A stretch of DNA of 64,000 nt, from the NCBI GenBank assembly GCA_002633005.1, contig NMRA01000337.1:186001-250000 (forward strand), read 5' to 3'. The notes under the pieces are model-generated. The model saw only the letters and a program-made list of their open reading frames with translations. It made no database searches and was not told the origin of the DNA. Both the position numbers and the translations under genes were made by a program. Each line of letters starts with the position of its first letter. The stretch's first letter is position 1. Shown here in pieces: positions 1 through 12,900 of this stretch. The stretch is from Phoronis australis. Taxonomy: Eukaryota > Animalia > Phoronida.

Positions 1-1143
1 CTTCTTGATCAGCAATAAAAGATTATCGCAATTAACTTGGAATACAAACGTGCAAATCGCTAAAAGCCTTGATTTTCAGATTTCATTTTTGTAACATATT
101 GCCATTGGAAGATTGACAACCGATATCTAATTTTTAGCTAAACAAAAAACGAAAGAAACAAAAATAGTTTTACTTCAAATATTTTCTTGAAAGAAGTCCG
201 CACCGATCCCAGGGTGGTGATAGACGCGTATACCTCTTCCAGACCACTTTGTGCGTCTTGCAAACACATTTCTTTGCTGGCGCACGAACCCGCACGTTAT
301 TCCATGCCGGCTCAGCCACTTCCCCACTCATGTACAGACTCGTCTATCAAGATGCTAGACATCTTGGGGTTAACTTCTCACGGTTGCTGCTTCGTTTTTT
401 GTAATTGTCTTTCTCTGCTAATTTCTTCCATTTTATCGAATGTCATTGCAAAAATTATAGACACTGTGTCAATACTCATGGGATCACTGCTATGTATTGT
501 TGAGCGCATATTAAGTTTCCACTGATTCCATAAAGAGGGTATAAACCAACCTTCCATCTCAAAACCAACTTTAGATTTAGCCCTCTTTCTGCAATTAAAT
601 TGGTCACAAATTGCTCCTTCAACATTTGAATTTTTAAGTGGAGATAAGTTCAGGTTTTCTAAATAATGTCACTGCTTGAGATCACGCAAGTAAGCTTTTT
701 ACGGCATGATCGAAACGAATAACCAACTGTCAGTTCTTTGCAAACGCAGAAATGACTTTTCACCTGAGAAAGGAGGAAGCTGAGATCACTTTAATATCGG
801 TAAGTAGTCTAAATAAAAATTATAAACGGTTTATAGTCACTTAAACGACTATAATCAACATATGAACACTTGACTTGTTTTTGGTACAGGAGGTGGCAAT
901 ACGAGTCCGTGAGACGAGAATTGCGTGCGCGAGAAAAGAAATTCGTGCGCGGACAGGCCCCAACCACGAGCGTGAAAAGAAGTCTAGGTTTCTTGCGCAG
1001 AATATCCGTCATTACATTCTCATGAAAAGACAAGATTTATATAAATCCAAAGTGAACATACGGCAAACCCCACCGCTGCGCCTCTTGCATGCGGCCCCTA
1101 GGGCATTGCTTATCACATTGACCCCTGACCCTGAGTGGTTTAC

Positions 1144-1235
1144 CTTCATCGTGACCAATCCTCTTTCTTGTAATTCATAACCTCCCAGGCCGTCTAGTAA
1201 TACCTTACATTGCTCAGAACAGTGAATTTTCAGCG
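1144..1235 (-). CDS. rGC exon 21 (cyclase, near C-terminus)
   Basis: tttcag|[31 protein letters not shown]|gtaaac; the expected following GKG..TYWL exon was not found in the window. Confidence 0.92.
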
Positions 1236-4200
1236 CTGAAATAGTAAAAAGCAAAAGAGGTAAAATAAGTTGCGCACGGTCCGCCTCTCAAGTTTAAACG
1301 TGATATGCCACCTAGGTTTAAAATATACTCTATCTGTCATATCGTGATCATAAATGGGTATCTCCGTTGACAATTTCAACCCAATTGCATTTTTTCAAAT
1401 AACTGATTGTAGCGTGAGGTTAACAGGTGAAAAGACTTACGTTCACCATTGGATTCCATCCTGGAGGCAGTGTTGACAGTGTCGCCAAAGAGACAGTATC
1501 GTGGCATTTTCAAACCCACAACTCCGGCAACACAGGGACCTGGAAAAGTTGGAATGGTTAAAAACTTTTCTTTTTATAACTATCTTTTACAGTACAATAT
1601 TACAGTGCTAATCTGTCTTAATGCAATGCACACATAATGAATCTCTCTTGTCGGAAACATAAGTTTGTTCTTACTGAAAGCCAGTTTGAGAAACAACAGC
1701 GCAACTTTCTTTTCGACTTCGGATCAAGAGTAGGTCTATTGTCGTTTACTTTTCTTTTTGGGGGGAAACGGTGTGAGAGTGAACTTGACTAAGTCAAAGC
1801 CATCTGACCACCACGAACGTCACTCCCGCGGTAATCAAATTCAATCGCCATTCTTTTCTCTACAAAGTCTTCGCGGAAACCATTTGTTTTCCGTATCCCA
1901 CGAAATGGGCAGCTAAAGGGTAATATGGCCAGTAAAGCATTCATTACCTTCTCTTTGGCCACATTTACGAAATTAGAATACCGTAGTGAATGCCAATACG
2001 GCTGGTAACGCATGCCCTTATCTTTGGCCACATTTACAAGAATACCTGAGTGAATGCCAATTCTTAGAAGAAGCATGTGGTCTTGTTTATGCCGCACTTT
2101 GAACTTTCGAATGGCAGACAGCAAATGTAGACTCAATGAGGCTACTTCGCCGGCATGGATTTTGTTTCTGCGAAAGAAGAAATACGTCACCAAAATGTAT
2201 GTTTGAGATTGAAATAAGCAATAAAACGAACTAGTAGAATACTGCCTTTCAGGTTAATATTTAGTCTGGGCCTAATTTGTGTTAATGGAATATCCTAAAG
2301 TAAGCTGTATGCATCTTACCTGTGTGGTAACCCTGACACGACCATATAAGCGTCGCCAATGGTCTCTACCTTATACACGTCGTAATTTTCTATGATTCCA
2401 TCGAACAAGGTGTACAGGTCGTTTAACAGGTCCACCACCTAGACTCGTGGAGAAAATAGACGACGTAAACCATGTAACAGTACACATCTGAATAGAGACA
2501 ATGCTGAACGGTAGAGAAAACTATAATACTTAACGTAGACTTGCAAGAAGAATTCACTTTTGGACAATTTATACTCGGCTAAACTTTGAGAAGATATCTT
2601 CTCCTCCCAGATGTCAATTTCTTCACAACGTTGCTTAAATGCCTCTATAAATATTTCGTCAACAATTCCCTGATTCAGGCAGGTGGTATCAAAACTGCAT
2701 TGAAATCGTAACTGTTTCTTTCCTTACAATTGCTGTGTAATTCGCCTAAAACGTAAGTCACGCTTGACCGTTTAACAGACTTTCTAAGTAATTTTCAAAT
2801 TTTGCTAGAAATATTTGAGACTTGTCGAGGGTTACAGAGCATCATTTTGTTTCAGAGGACTAGATAGGAACGTCATTTTTAATATCTAATAATAGGCCAA
2901 AACTGGGTTTAGTATCGTTTTTACATTTCGAGTCCTACATATAGAGGATATATAGTCCATACAACGTGTCCAACTGAATAAAATGGTTCTGCAGCTGAGA
3001 CATACCTGCATAGGAGTGCTCTCCGACGATAGTGACGTGAAACCACAGATGTCGCTGAAGTAGACAGTTACACTGTCAAAGGCCTCTGCTTCCACTTGTT
3101 TTCCTCTTTTTAATTGCTCAGCAACAGATCTGCAAAACATTGCAACTGTTGGCAAGTTACGTTTCAATGAGCATAAAATTTACTAATTCTGATTCTGTTT
3201 TTTTATTTTATTGTTATTTAAAGGAACCTAAGTTTAGGTATGAAATCCTAGTTAGGGTACCAATTCAACTAAAATTAGAAGGTCTAGGCCTATTAAAGAT
3301 TTGATTAGGAACTCAAAATCAATTTCTGACAGATCGTTATTGCTTGAGATCCCGTTCAACATGTTAGCTTGTCATGGCATATCATAGTATGCATCAAACA
3401 GGAATCACTTTTCATCAAGTAGGGAACAAGTTGAGACCAATTTTATAGCAGTAAGTGTTCTGAACAAAAATCCCCTCTTTGACGGACTTCATAGCCGCTT
3501 CAACCAATATATTGTAGTGTCCAGTCGAACAAAATAATAATGGAAAAAACTTTCATTGTTAAGCCTGCCGAGTTAACATTTAGTGGAGTAACCATTCTGT
3601 TAATACTGTTCAGCCTACCAGGTTAACATTTGGTGGAGTAACCGTTCTGTTAATACTGTCCAGCCTACCGTGGTAACATTTGGTGGAGCAACTGTTCTGT
3701 TTTGGCCTTCTCCTCTCGTAGTTGGTCGGTTCGCTCTTCAACAATTTCTTCTAAGTTTGTCGAATATTTCTCCATAATGGATACCATATTATCTAAAATG
3801 TTGTGTTTCCTGTAAATAAAACAAAATCTTTGAAACCAACTTCACTTCCGCGTATGAATTTGTCACGACAGCATTTTGAAGCAGTTTTAGATCAAAGGGC
3901 GAAAAATGAATGACGAATGTTTTGTTTATATTCGAGGGAATGGTCTGCAACCGAACATTTCTTAAAGTACGTAAAGCCGAGATTTCATGAGCAAAATATT
4001 GTTTCTAAATAGTTTGAAAAAATTACGCCAAATGTGTCTAATGGTTGTTCAATTTTCACCGCAGTGTGTTTAATTGTGGTTTCAAATTACGTTAATAGGC
4101 CTATAGCGTCACTAACTCGTCCATGTCCTAGTAAATGATTTAGTGGATCTGTCGACCTATTTCCTAGACTATAGTCCATAGGCACAGATATTAGAATGGA

Positions 4201-7200
4201 TGTCAAAATTTGTAGTATTGAACGCTATGACATGCTTTCGAACCGTGGAATCAACTGCTTTTCGACAAAAGTTGTTAAAACATATTACATGAATTACTGA
4301 GAACTTGAAGAAATCTTTCTAGTTCAAAAACTGCGCTGGTTGTCGCCAGCTTATAGTTCAAATTTGTCCAAATTCTCGATGATCGTGAACAGTTTACTTA
4401 CATGCCTTTTTGAATTGGCCGAAGCTTGGATCGAATAGCCTTGAAGTCGGGTCTTGCGTCTGGATCCTGCTGCCAGCAGTCTTGTATACAGTCCGTGACT
4501 ACTTTAGACACGATGTCTAGACTAGCAAGCTTTGGCCGGAACGGAGGGTTGAGAGTCTGGTCTTGAACATGTTCTATAATTTCTGGTAACAACATTAATC
4601 TCATAACGTTTATACCAAGTTGCGAAAAAATATTTTAAGCAATGTTTCCTCCTTTCTCACTACCTAATGCACAATATGATAAATCAGAGCACCGTCTGGC
4701 CTGTTTTATCAGTCACCACTGTCTGGCCTGTTTTATCAAAGTCGCCACTGTCTGGCCTTAGCGACGGTCGTGGATTACTTGGATTCCATATTGTGCACGT
4801 GGCCAAATATCTACAAAACTATAGAACTTAATTCAGGCTTTCTGAAAGTAGAAATTACGTAGAATATGATTTCCGTCACTAATCAGGTGACTTAACCTTG
4901 AAATTCAGCAAAACAGAAAACGCCATCCATACCTAAATAACAGGAACAATAAAATGGCCAAATTTCGTATAGTATAAATGATCAAAAAACTTTAAATCGT
5001 TGTTAGTTTCTAAATTATCGTTCCGTATTCGTTCCATGCAACTTTATTTTTCATATAAACCATTTCAGTCCTATTTTTTGAGAGCCCTTCATGCAAAAGT
5101 GGAAGATTTTAAAATAATTCCTTACAGCGTTTCAGAGAAGAGTGTTTGAAGCATACTATACGAAAGTTTCATGTGATTCCGACATGCCATTTCTGAGACG
5201 GTTCCGAAGTTGGCCAATAGGGGACATTTTCCTAGGGTCCTACATAACGTTAAGTAACTTATGAAAGCGGTCCTAAGTCTAAATATGAAATATCACCAGG
5301 TTTGCATTAGTGGTAACGTTTTTGCTCTTCTAAAAACTGCTATCTGTGACCGTTTTAGTTACGACCCTTTTAGCTACGACCAGAACCTTTGATACAACTG
5401 GCCCCAGGATTCGTAGCCTCACAATATACGTCTCAAGCCTTTTTATTCCAAATTAGATAATGATGTCCAGCCCAAGCATCTTTCAGAACACTGGTAAGTA
5501 ACAGGGGTGCAATAAGCCCTCATTTATGATACAGCGTGACTACCTTCCAGAGTTAATTTCATGACTTTCATGCCGTAAGTAACAAGGAAATGTTCCTTCA
5601 ATTATCATTTTCGAGTGCCTTTAGTACCACTGTAGCACGAAGAAATGAACTTGTCCGCCTCAAGGTAAAACTAATCGTTTGTTATCTCCACCACTTTAGA
5701 TGTAGAGCAAGAATGGTTGAATTACCTAATTTTTCATTAGTAATTCGTGAAAAAATGTTAGTTCGAAATAACCACCAAATACATTGTATATGATTCTTAA
5801 TGAAATTCTTGACAAATAAATAAGTTTATTATTATTTATCATTCATTATTGATTAATTAATCAATTACCTTTGGGAGACTTATCGCAATCGCCGTAAGGG
5901 CCGCTCCGACCATAGATTTCATACAGGACTATCGCGAAAGAGTACACGTCAGCTTTTTGTAACTTCACAGGATCTTCCGTAGGTGAAAGTAAAATTTCTG
6001 GAGCCTTCCACAGCAGAGCTAGTTAAATAGCAGAAATACGCAATCGAATTATTGTTATGTACTTGAATTACGTATTGCATCTGAATTTTGTATTTGTAAA
6101 ATAGCAACCAAATCCCCGTAAGTTATCACCGGAACTACTGCTTAATCTCTTTTTAAGCACGCTTGTCAGTGGTAAATGATTCTGGTAGGTGTCATTTTAA
6201 GCGCTGCTCATTGAAGAATTCTTGGTATTATGCAAAAAACAAGCATTCACAATTCATTGAACTTGGCATTGACCACAAGATGTCACTAAAATTTGGCGTT
6301 GAAATGCATTCTTCCACTCACTGTTCCGTCCATTCATCCATCTTTCTACGTTGAAACGGAAATAGACAATTTCTCACCTTGGTATCTAGCATGATCAGAG
6401 TAAAAATCCTCCGAACTACTGCGAAATTCAGTCAATCCAAAGTCGATCACTTTAAGAACCCACTTACTATCGATCACACAATTACTGGACTTAAAATTGC
6501 CATGATAACGCAGTTCGCTGTCATGAAGAAATGTCATCCCCTGCAAAATAGCAGACACTTTTGTTGACCAATTTAATCGACACCAGTGTGGACAACAACA
6601 CCGTACTATTAAGGACCAATGCACCGCACCGATGATTTTTTCATGATTGGAAAAAACCTACAGTTGACACCAGCCTCACTCGGCGGGTCATTTTAACTTC
6701 ATGACTGGTTCGGAGACTGAGCTACGCTAAATGGCTGCGGTGACAAGCGGCTACACCGCATCAGTTACACAGCACTGCTACTAGAAAAAATTGTCGACGT
6801 GTGACAATATAACCGTGAAGCAAGATCTTTCTGTCTTATGTTAACAATTTTCTTAGTCGCATCTTAGACATTTTAAGTCCTTCTCTCAAACTGCCCATGT
6901 GGTTCCAGTATCCGAAAATACTTACTACATAAAATCTTATTTTCGACACCCTTTCTTTATATTCTTTTCGCCTTTCTTGCCAAAAGCGATTTTTTAACAG
7001 TATTTGACCCTTCTCTCTGAGCGTATGATTACCGGTTGTCATCGGTTATTTCCGTACCCACATTTCCGGCTCATCAGTTCAGGAACTTGTCCTGAACGCC
7101 ATGTTTTCCTTGTTACTGAATGTGCTATGGCTTGCTCGAAAAGTTTTCATTATTTTGTTTTATTAGTAATATCTCGTGATTCGTTTGCATATGTAGTAAA

Positions 7201-9870
7201 TTTATAGTTTGTAGTTAATGGTGGCTGATTTTTTTTGGAATGTTACGCGTACGTAGTATGTTAAAATAGCATTGGTGTTTAGTTCCTTACGTAGGCCGGT
7301 CGAACCTAGGAACCAATATGGGTCGAACCAATTTTTTTCGGTTTTATTTTTTTTCTCGTTTTGAAAAAGTACTTTGCTATCATCGGAAAGGTAGTGCATT
7401 CTGCTCAGTAAAAATCGAAAAAGTATCAAAATCCGGGCAAGCAGTGTAAAGTTATTGCAAGTTTTGTGGCGAAATTTGGGTCACTTTGTTTGGATCGCGT
7501 CGGCCATATTGGAGGACAGCGGGATAAGTTACGAGTTTAAAACTTTGTGTAAATTGTTTTCGCCAACAAATTACGGTGAAATTTAGTTAGACATATCTTT
7601 ACTTACTATTCTGCACGATTCAACAGTGTTCACCAAATTTCAGCCTCGCAGTTGTTACTCATTAAGTGATAAATGTGCTCACAATTCCCGTTGGACTTCA
7701 TCTCATTTCTGGCGGCACCGACAACATGGCGACTTTTGCTGAACTGAAAGGCATGTTCAATCGGCTACTTTGTAATTTGTGAAGATTTAACGTTGATAAT
7801 TTTGACAAACGTTGCTAAAAAAAGAAACTTTGTTCAATTTTCGTGTTTTTTGTGCAAAAATATAAGATATATTCGAATTATTTTACTGTAAATTTCCCAT
7901 TCAGGTGATCTTACACTAAGCTAAAAAAATAGTTGAAATAATTTTGAAATGTTTTTTTGTTTGACTCTCAACTGCTGTTCGAGACTTGCATCGGTGTCAC
8001 AAAATGATTCATATTTTTCAAAATTTTAAGTCTCAATTGCTTTCAAGTCATGTTTTGTAACTTATTGCTTCTTAATTCAGGTTATCAAGTCAACAATATG
8101 AATAATCTTAATTTGAGAAATAAGCTATGTTGGATTGTGAATCTTCAAGCCTCTAATTCTTGTTCCTTGCAACTTCATATTTTTTAAATGATGCTTGTCA
8201 AATTCTGGTGTAAGGAAACACTATTCCGTCACCATGGTAATAGTTACATGTATGTCCACTTTCATATCATGGAAACTGTTGCTGTCGAATAGTGTTTGTA
8301 ATGCTAAATGTTGTAAAGTATTGTGCATTTTAAGTTACTTATTATGTTAAAAGTTTGAATCATTTTCAATAATTGGCTTAATGAATAAAAAATGATAACA
8401 TGTTGTATTGGAATTGTCATACTTATGTGCTCGAACGAGCCCCCTTTTTGGAGAACTGGAAAAAGGTCTGCCTCAGTCACAGAAGCACGAATTCCGAAAA
8501 AAGTAGAAAATGAGACAATATTCCACTGGAAGACAGGAAGTACCAAAATTTAGAGTCTGCAATTCATAGCTCTGAACATACCCACTGAATCTTATAGTAA
8601 AAGATAGACATTCCCAAAAATTCCTGCCCACCCCATTCTTTTAGGCTTGGTGTGCTCATATAAAGTTTGGGAAAATCTCTATTGAAAGCCAACAACTTCG
8701 CACAGTTCGCCAGAAGTACCCAAGTTCTAAATAAACCTCGTTTGAGCGAGCGCTGTGGCCAGCGACCAGTTAGGCCTAAGGGTAACCTTGGCACAAAGCT
8801 GTATAGGCCTACTAACAAGCTGTATTTTGACGATAGTCTTCACTGATAGCTGGTGACTGAGGCTAACTAAGGTCTGCCGCGGCAGTGTGACACAGGACTA
8901 ACCAGCCCGTAATTTCATGCAAGTGTCTGAAACCACCTTTGAATATATGCAGCATTTATGATTTGACCATTTTACTTCGACAAAACAGCTTGCAACCGCA
9001 TGCATTTACCGTTCTCCAGTGTCTGGTCTCGATCCGCACCGGGTCCGATAGGCTGCGGTGTCGAGTCTGGCAAAATAATTTCTGTCAACATTTTTTCGCC
9101 ACATTTCTTCAGCAAATTCGATAAAATTGTCCGTATTTTGATTTTATTAAAATTAAGGCGCGCTGTCGATTATTTTATCCCCGTTTGCTGGCTGGTAACA
9201 GTACAGGCACTGCTCCAGTCGCACTGACGGCGTTTTCTCGGCCTGAGTTCCTGAATGAATTGTACTTCCGGGTTCGGGGCAAGTTCAAAATGGCGGTGGT
9301 TCTTCGGGTGCGAATCGTGAGTGGCGCGTTCATTTAAACTTTTTTCGAGTACGGATTGTGTATTAGTTATGGGGTAAGTACTTCTTGGATCCTTATAACA
9401 TCCTCTAACCATGTAATAAGGGTTAACAACGCGTGAGAGAAGGACTTTAAGGTTATTGGTCCGTGGTCCCACTGTTCATCGCCTTATGTTGAACAACGCA
9501 TCACTCACGTGAGTGCCGTGTTTTGTAGCCATCCTGCCAGTGCCATGTATGATTTGTTCAATAACTTGGGCAAGGAAATGAAGGAGTTCACGGCAAACAT
9601 GAGGTACACCTATACTTACTCTGATGACGTCATAAATTAGGGATGCCCTGAATACGTCATCCAATTTTATGTCGTTGTTGCCTAGAACATCCTCCAAGCT
9701 TCCTTTGGAACAATACTCGGTAACGATGCATATGTTTGGGCTATCAACACAGGCTCCAATAAACTGAACCAAATTATCATGACGAATGTCTCGCATCTGA
9801 AATTATAGTGGATCATTAGCACCATAGTTGTCATACTACCCCTCCTCTTGTTTGCCATGGTAACCATAAA

Positions 9871-9907
<37 letters not shown>

Positions 9908-12900
9908 TCATGTGTGTGTGTTTGTGTTTGTGTTTGTGCACGCGCTTGTGCGAACAACAGTAACTGTCTAACCATCAGACTGACCAAGAGGCCCAGATTG
10001 TCAACGTGACGTCATACCAAACGCAAATTACTTGCATTTTAGCCTGTAGGGAGGTTCAAAGAGAAAATGAAATTAGGACTATTATTCTCATCAATTCGGT
10101 CTCATGATATTCCTTACCTTGGTGATATTCTATTAACAACAAGAACAACGAAACCTTTAGCGACTCAAGAAAATACTTAGACATTTAGTATCCGGGTTGG
10201 CTAACTCTAAAATTGCGAATTCGATAAAGGCGAATGTACTCATTTGAGTTGGTAAAGGAAATGCAATCATATCACCGTAGGGAACATTATGAGATCGACT
10301 TCATGTGAGTAAAAGGCCTATGTAATTCGATTTTCATTTTTAGCCAGCTAAACAAGGCGAAATGCAATTCTAAGTAATCTCATGTACTTGAAGACCTGCT
10401 CAATAACACACTTTGGTCGATAACACACTTTCTTTAATAGGGTTGGGCAACTAACATTGTAGCCTGTAAACCACGCGCGTGATGCGATAACAGAACAATA
10501 GTGGGTTTTCTACATGTTTTTTTTCAGATCCGCATGTCACCACTGCCGGATTGAAACAGCGCTTAACCACCATCAGGTGTGTGCGATGCTGTGTCTTTGC
10601 CATACATTACTTCAGTGAGGCACAAGGTTACTGTCTTACCATTTTAAGTTCTTTTCGGACATTTCTTGTAAGGTCAATAGAGCGCTTGTTTATTTTCCGA
10701 ACCGCAACAATATTCCCTTTGAGCGTTCCTATTGTTGTGAAAATCTGACGAACTCCAGACAGCTCCCGCGCAAGGGAAACCAGCGACACCTGGCTGCTGT
10801 GAAAGAAGCTTGACTGAAACCAAATAGCATTCAATAGTTAGTGAAATCATGCTTAGAAGATATTAATGACAAATGTTTTCTCACATCCACGTAATCAGTC
10901 ATGCACGGACTAATTTAAAAACTGACTTCAACTGCAAATTGACCCATCAACTGCATCGTCACGTTTGAAGTAAGAGAGATTAGACCCTGGGCCCCCGAGT
11001 TGATTTCTTCAGAATTTCATCAATTTATCTAATTGGTGTTCTAGCAAATTTAAAAGATTCTTTTCCATTTAATTTAATATAACAACTCATAAAACGAATC
11101 TAAACAAAACCAATTTAATAAAAACCTTCGTATTCCCAAACAATGCTCTTTCAACCTGATATTATCAAACGACGCTTTTAATTACAGAGATTTCAATACA
11201 GAATTTCTTAATATAATTCAGACAGTGCGCCGACAAAATGGCCGCCAAAACAATAAAGAAAGATTAAGATCCACATTAATCTATAAAAATGATTAAATAA
11301 AAACACTTTTATTCATAGACGGCTAAGTTACAATAATTTCATACTTTACTTGCCAAACTCATTCTGTGATAAAAGCATTTGAAGAAGTGTTTATAAATCT
11401 CATATTAACGAGAACATACTCTTCGAAGGCCGGTTTGCACACTGTTACATCCCAGGGAGGCAGGCGTTCTTGTGCTTCCATTTCTAATGGTTATTTCTTT
11501 GAACTCAATTTTCCAAAGAAGACTCGCCAAATCCTGTTCGTACTTCCAGTTCCTACATTAATGAAAGTTCTTGTATAAGCATCTGCATCAAAATGAAACC
11601 AAAATTGCAATGGAACGCGTAAGAACTATTTGGTTTTAATTCATCACATATTAGGCCAATGTAAGATATTGCAGGGGCAATATTTATCCTGAGCTAAAAA
11701 TAATCAAACCATTTAATTCACAGTGTCATAATAAAAATGCACTTTTTGGTATTTTATTGTAAGTGTTGGCCGGAGGGATAGCCGGCGAACACCCATTATT
11801 TACATTTGTGCACTCGCCGAATCTTTTTTCACTTGTCAGCTGAACAGCCATACCTGTAAACTGCCACAGACACAATGAGCAGGACGAGAAGTATTCCCCC
11901 TCCTATACCTGCAGCGTAAACTGAAATGAAGAAATAGTACACGTACAGAACAGCGGCCATTTTTGTATAGTCCTCATTCAAGGGTGGACAAGAATCCTGA
12001 GGCTGTACCCATAAATTCTGCATGCAATCAGCTGTGAGTCGAAACAGGTAAGAACGCAAAATCCGATCTCCTGTGTTTTGGCTGAAACTAGCGTTGTAAT
12101 GCCTGATCATTGCATGTTTGGCTATGTGAATGAAGCATTCTGACATTCACTAAATAGTGAATAACTCCATATGTTGGCATTTAAACTCAGGCTGTTTGTA
12201 AATAGGACAGTAGAACAATAATCCCGACGGACTCTCCATTTTGCTACACCAGCCACACGATTTAATTACTTGACGAAGTTCATGAGTCTGTCCAGTGAAC
12301 TGTTTCTTTGCTGTGCTGGATGTTCTTCTAACCTGGCACCTAACTGGCCTAATTTTTATTCGAAACACCAATCGCAGGTTGTGTTCAAGACATATGCACC
12401 TGATTATGCTATCGCCCAGTTGAATGAAAAAATGGACAATCTCGCTGGATCATTGGATGAGGATGTGAGGACACTAAAAGAAGAAGTCGAAAAAGTCAAC
12501 AAGAACTTAAAAGACAACACCTCACAGGCAACACCAGTCGAGATGTATTTCATCTCCTATTATCCAGCTGGACGGGTGGGGGGGATGATTAGTGGGGGTG
12601 ATTATTGCTTCTGTTCATCAAGGTAACTTAGAAACCCACGTCACTGATACAATGCGTATTTCTGTAAAAGAGGAGACATTATAAACTCGGCTCTTTTTTC
12701 GGCACCTTGTACTTAGTTGATAGATTTGCACAAGAACCGCTGACGCCAAAAGGTCTGTTGGTCAGGAATGTTCATTTAGGGTCCTTTTTGTGTGGAGCAA
12801 AGAAATTGCCACAATAGAAGTGACTTCAATGTAATTCATAACTGGTTAAAATAAATTAGTATATTTTGGACTGAAATTGGCGATTTTTCACACTGTATGG

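Noticed and set aside
181-763. Possible final rGC exon (acceptor-like ctttctcag at ~764; partly open minus frame; + strand 112-aa ORF)
   Set aside because: Lacks the expected GKG..TYWL motif, stops interrupt the minus-strand frames, and no family is recognisable.
12270-12626. Antisense intronic ORF with coiled-coil-like segment
   Set aside because: No diagnostic motif; may be a TE ORF1 scrap but cannot be supported.
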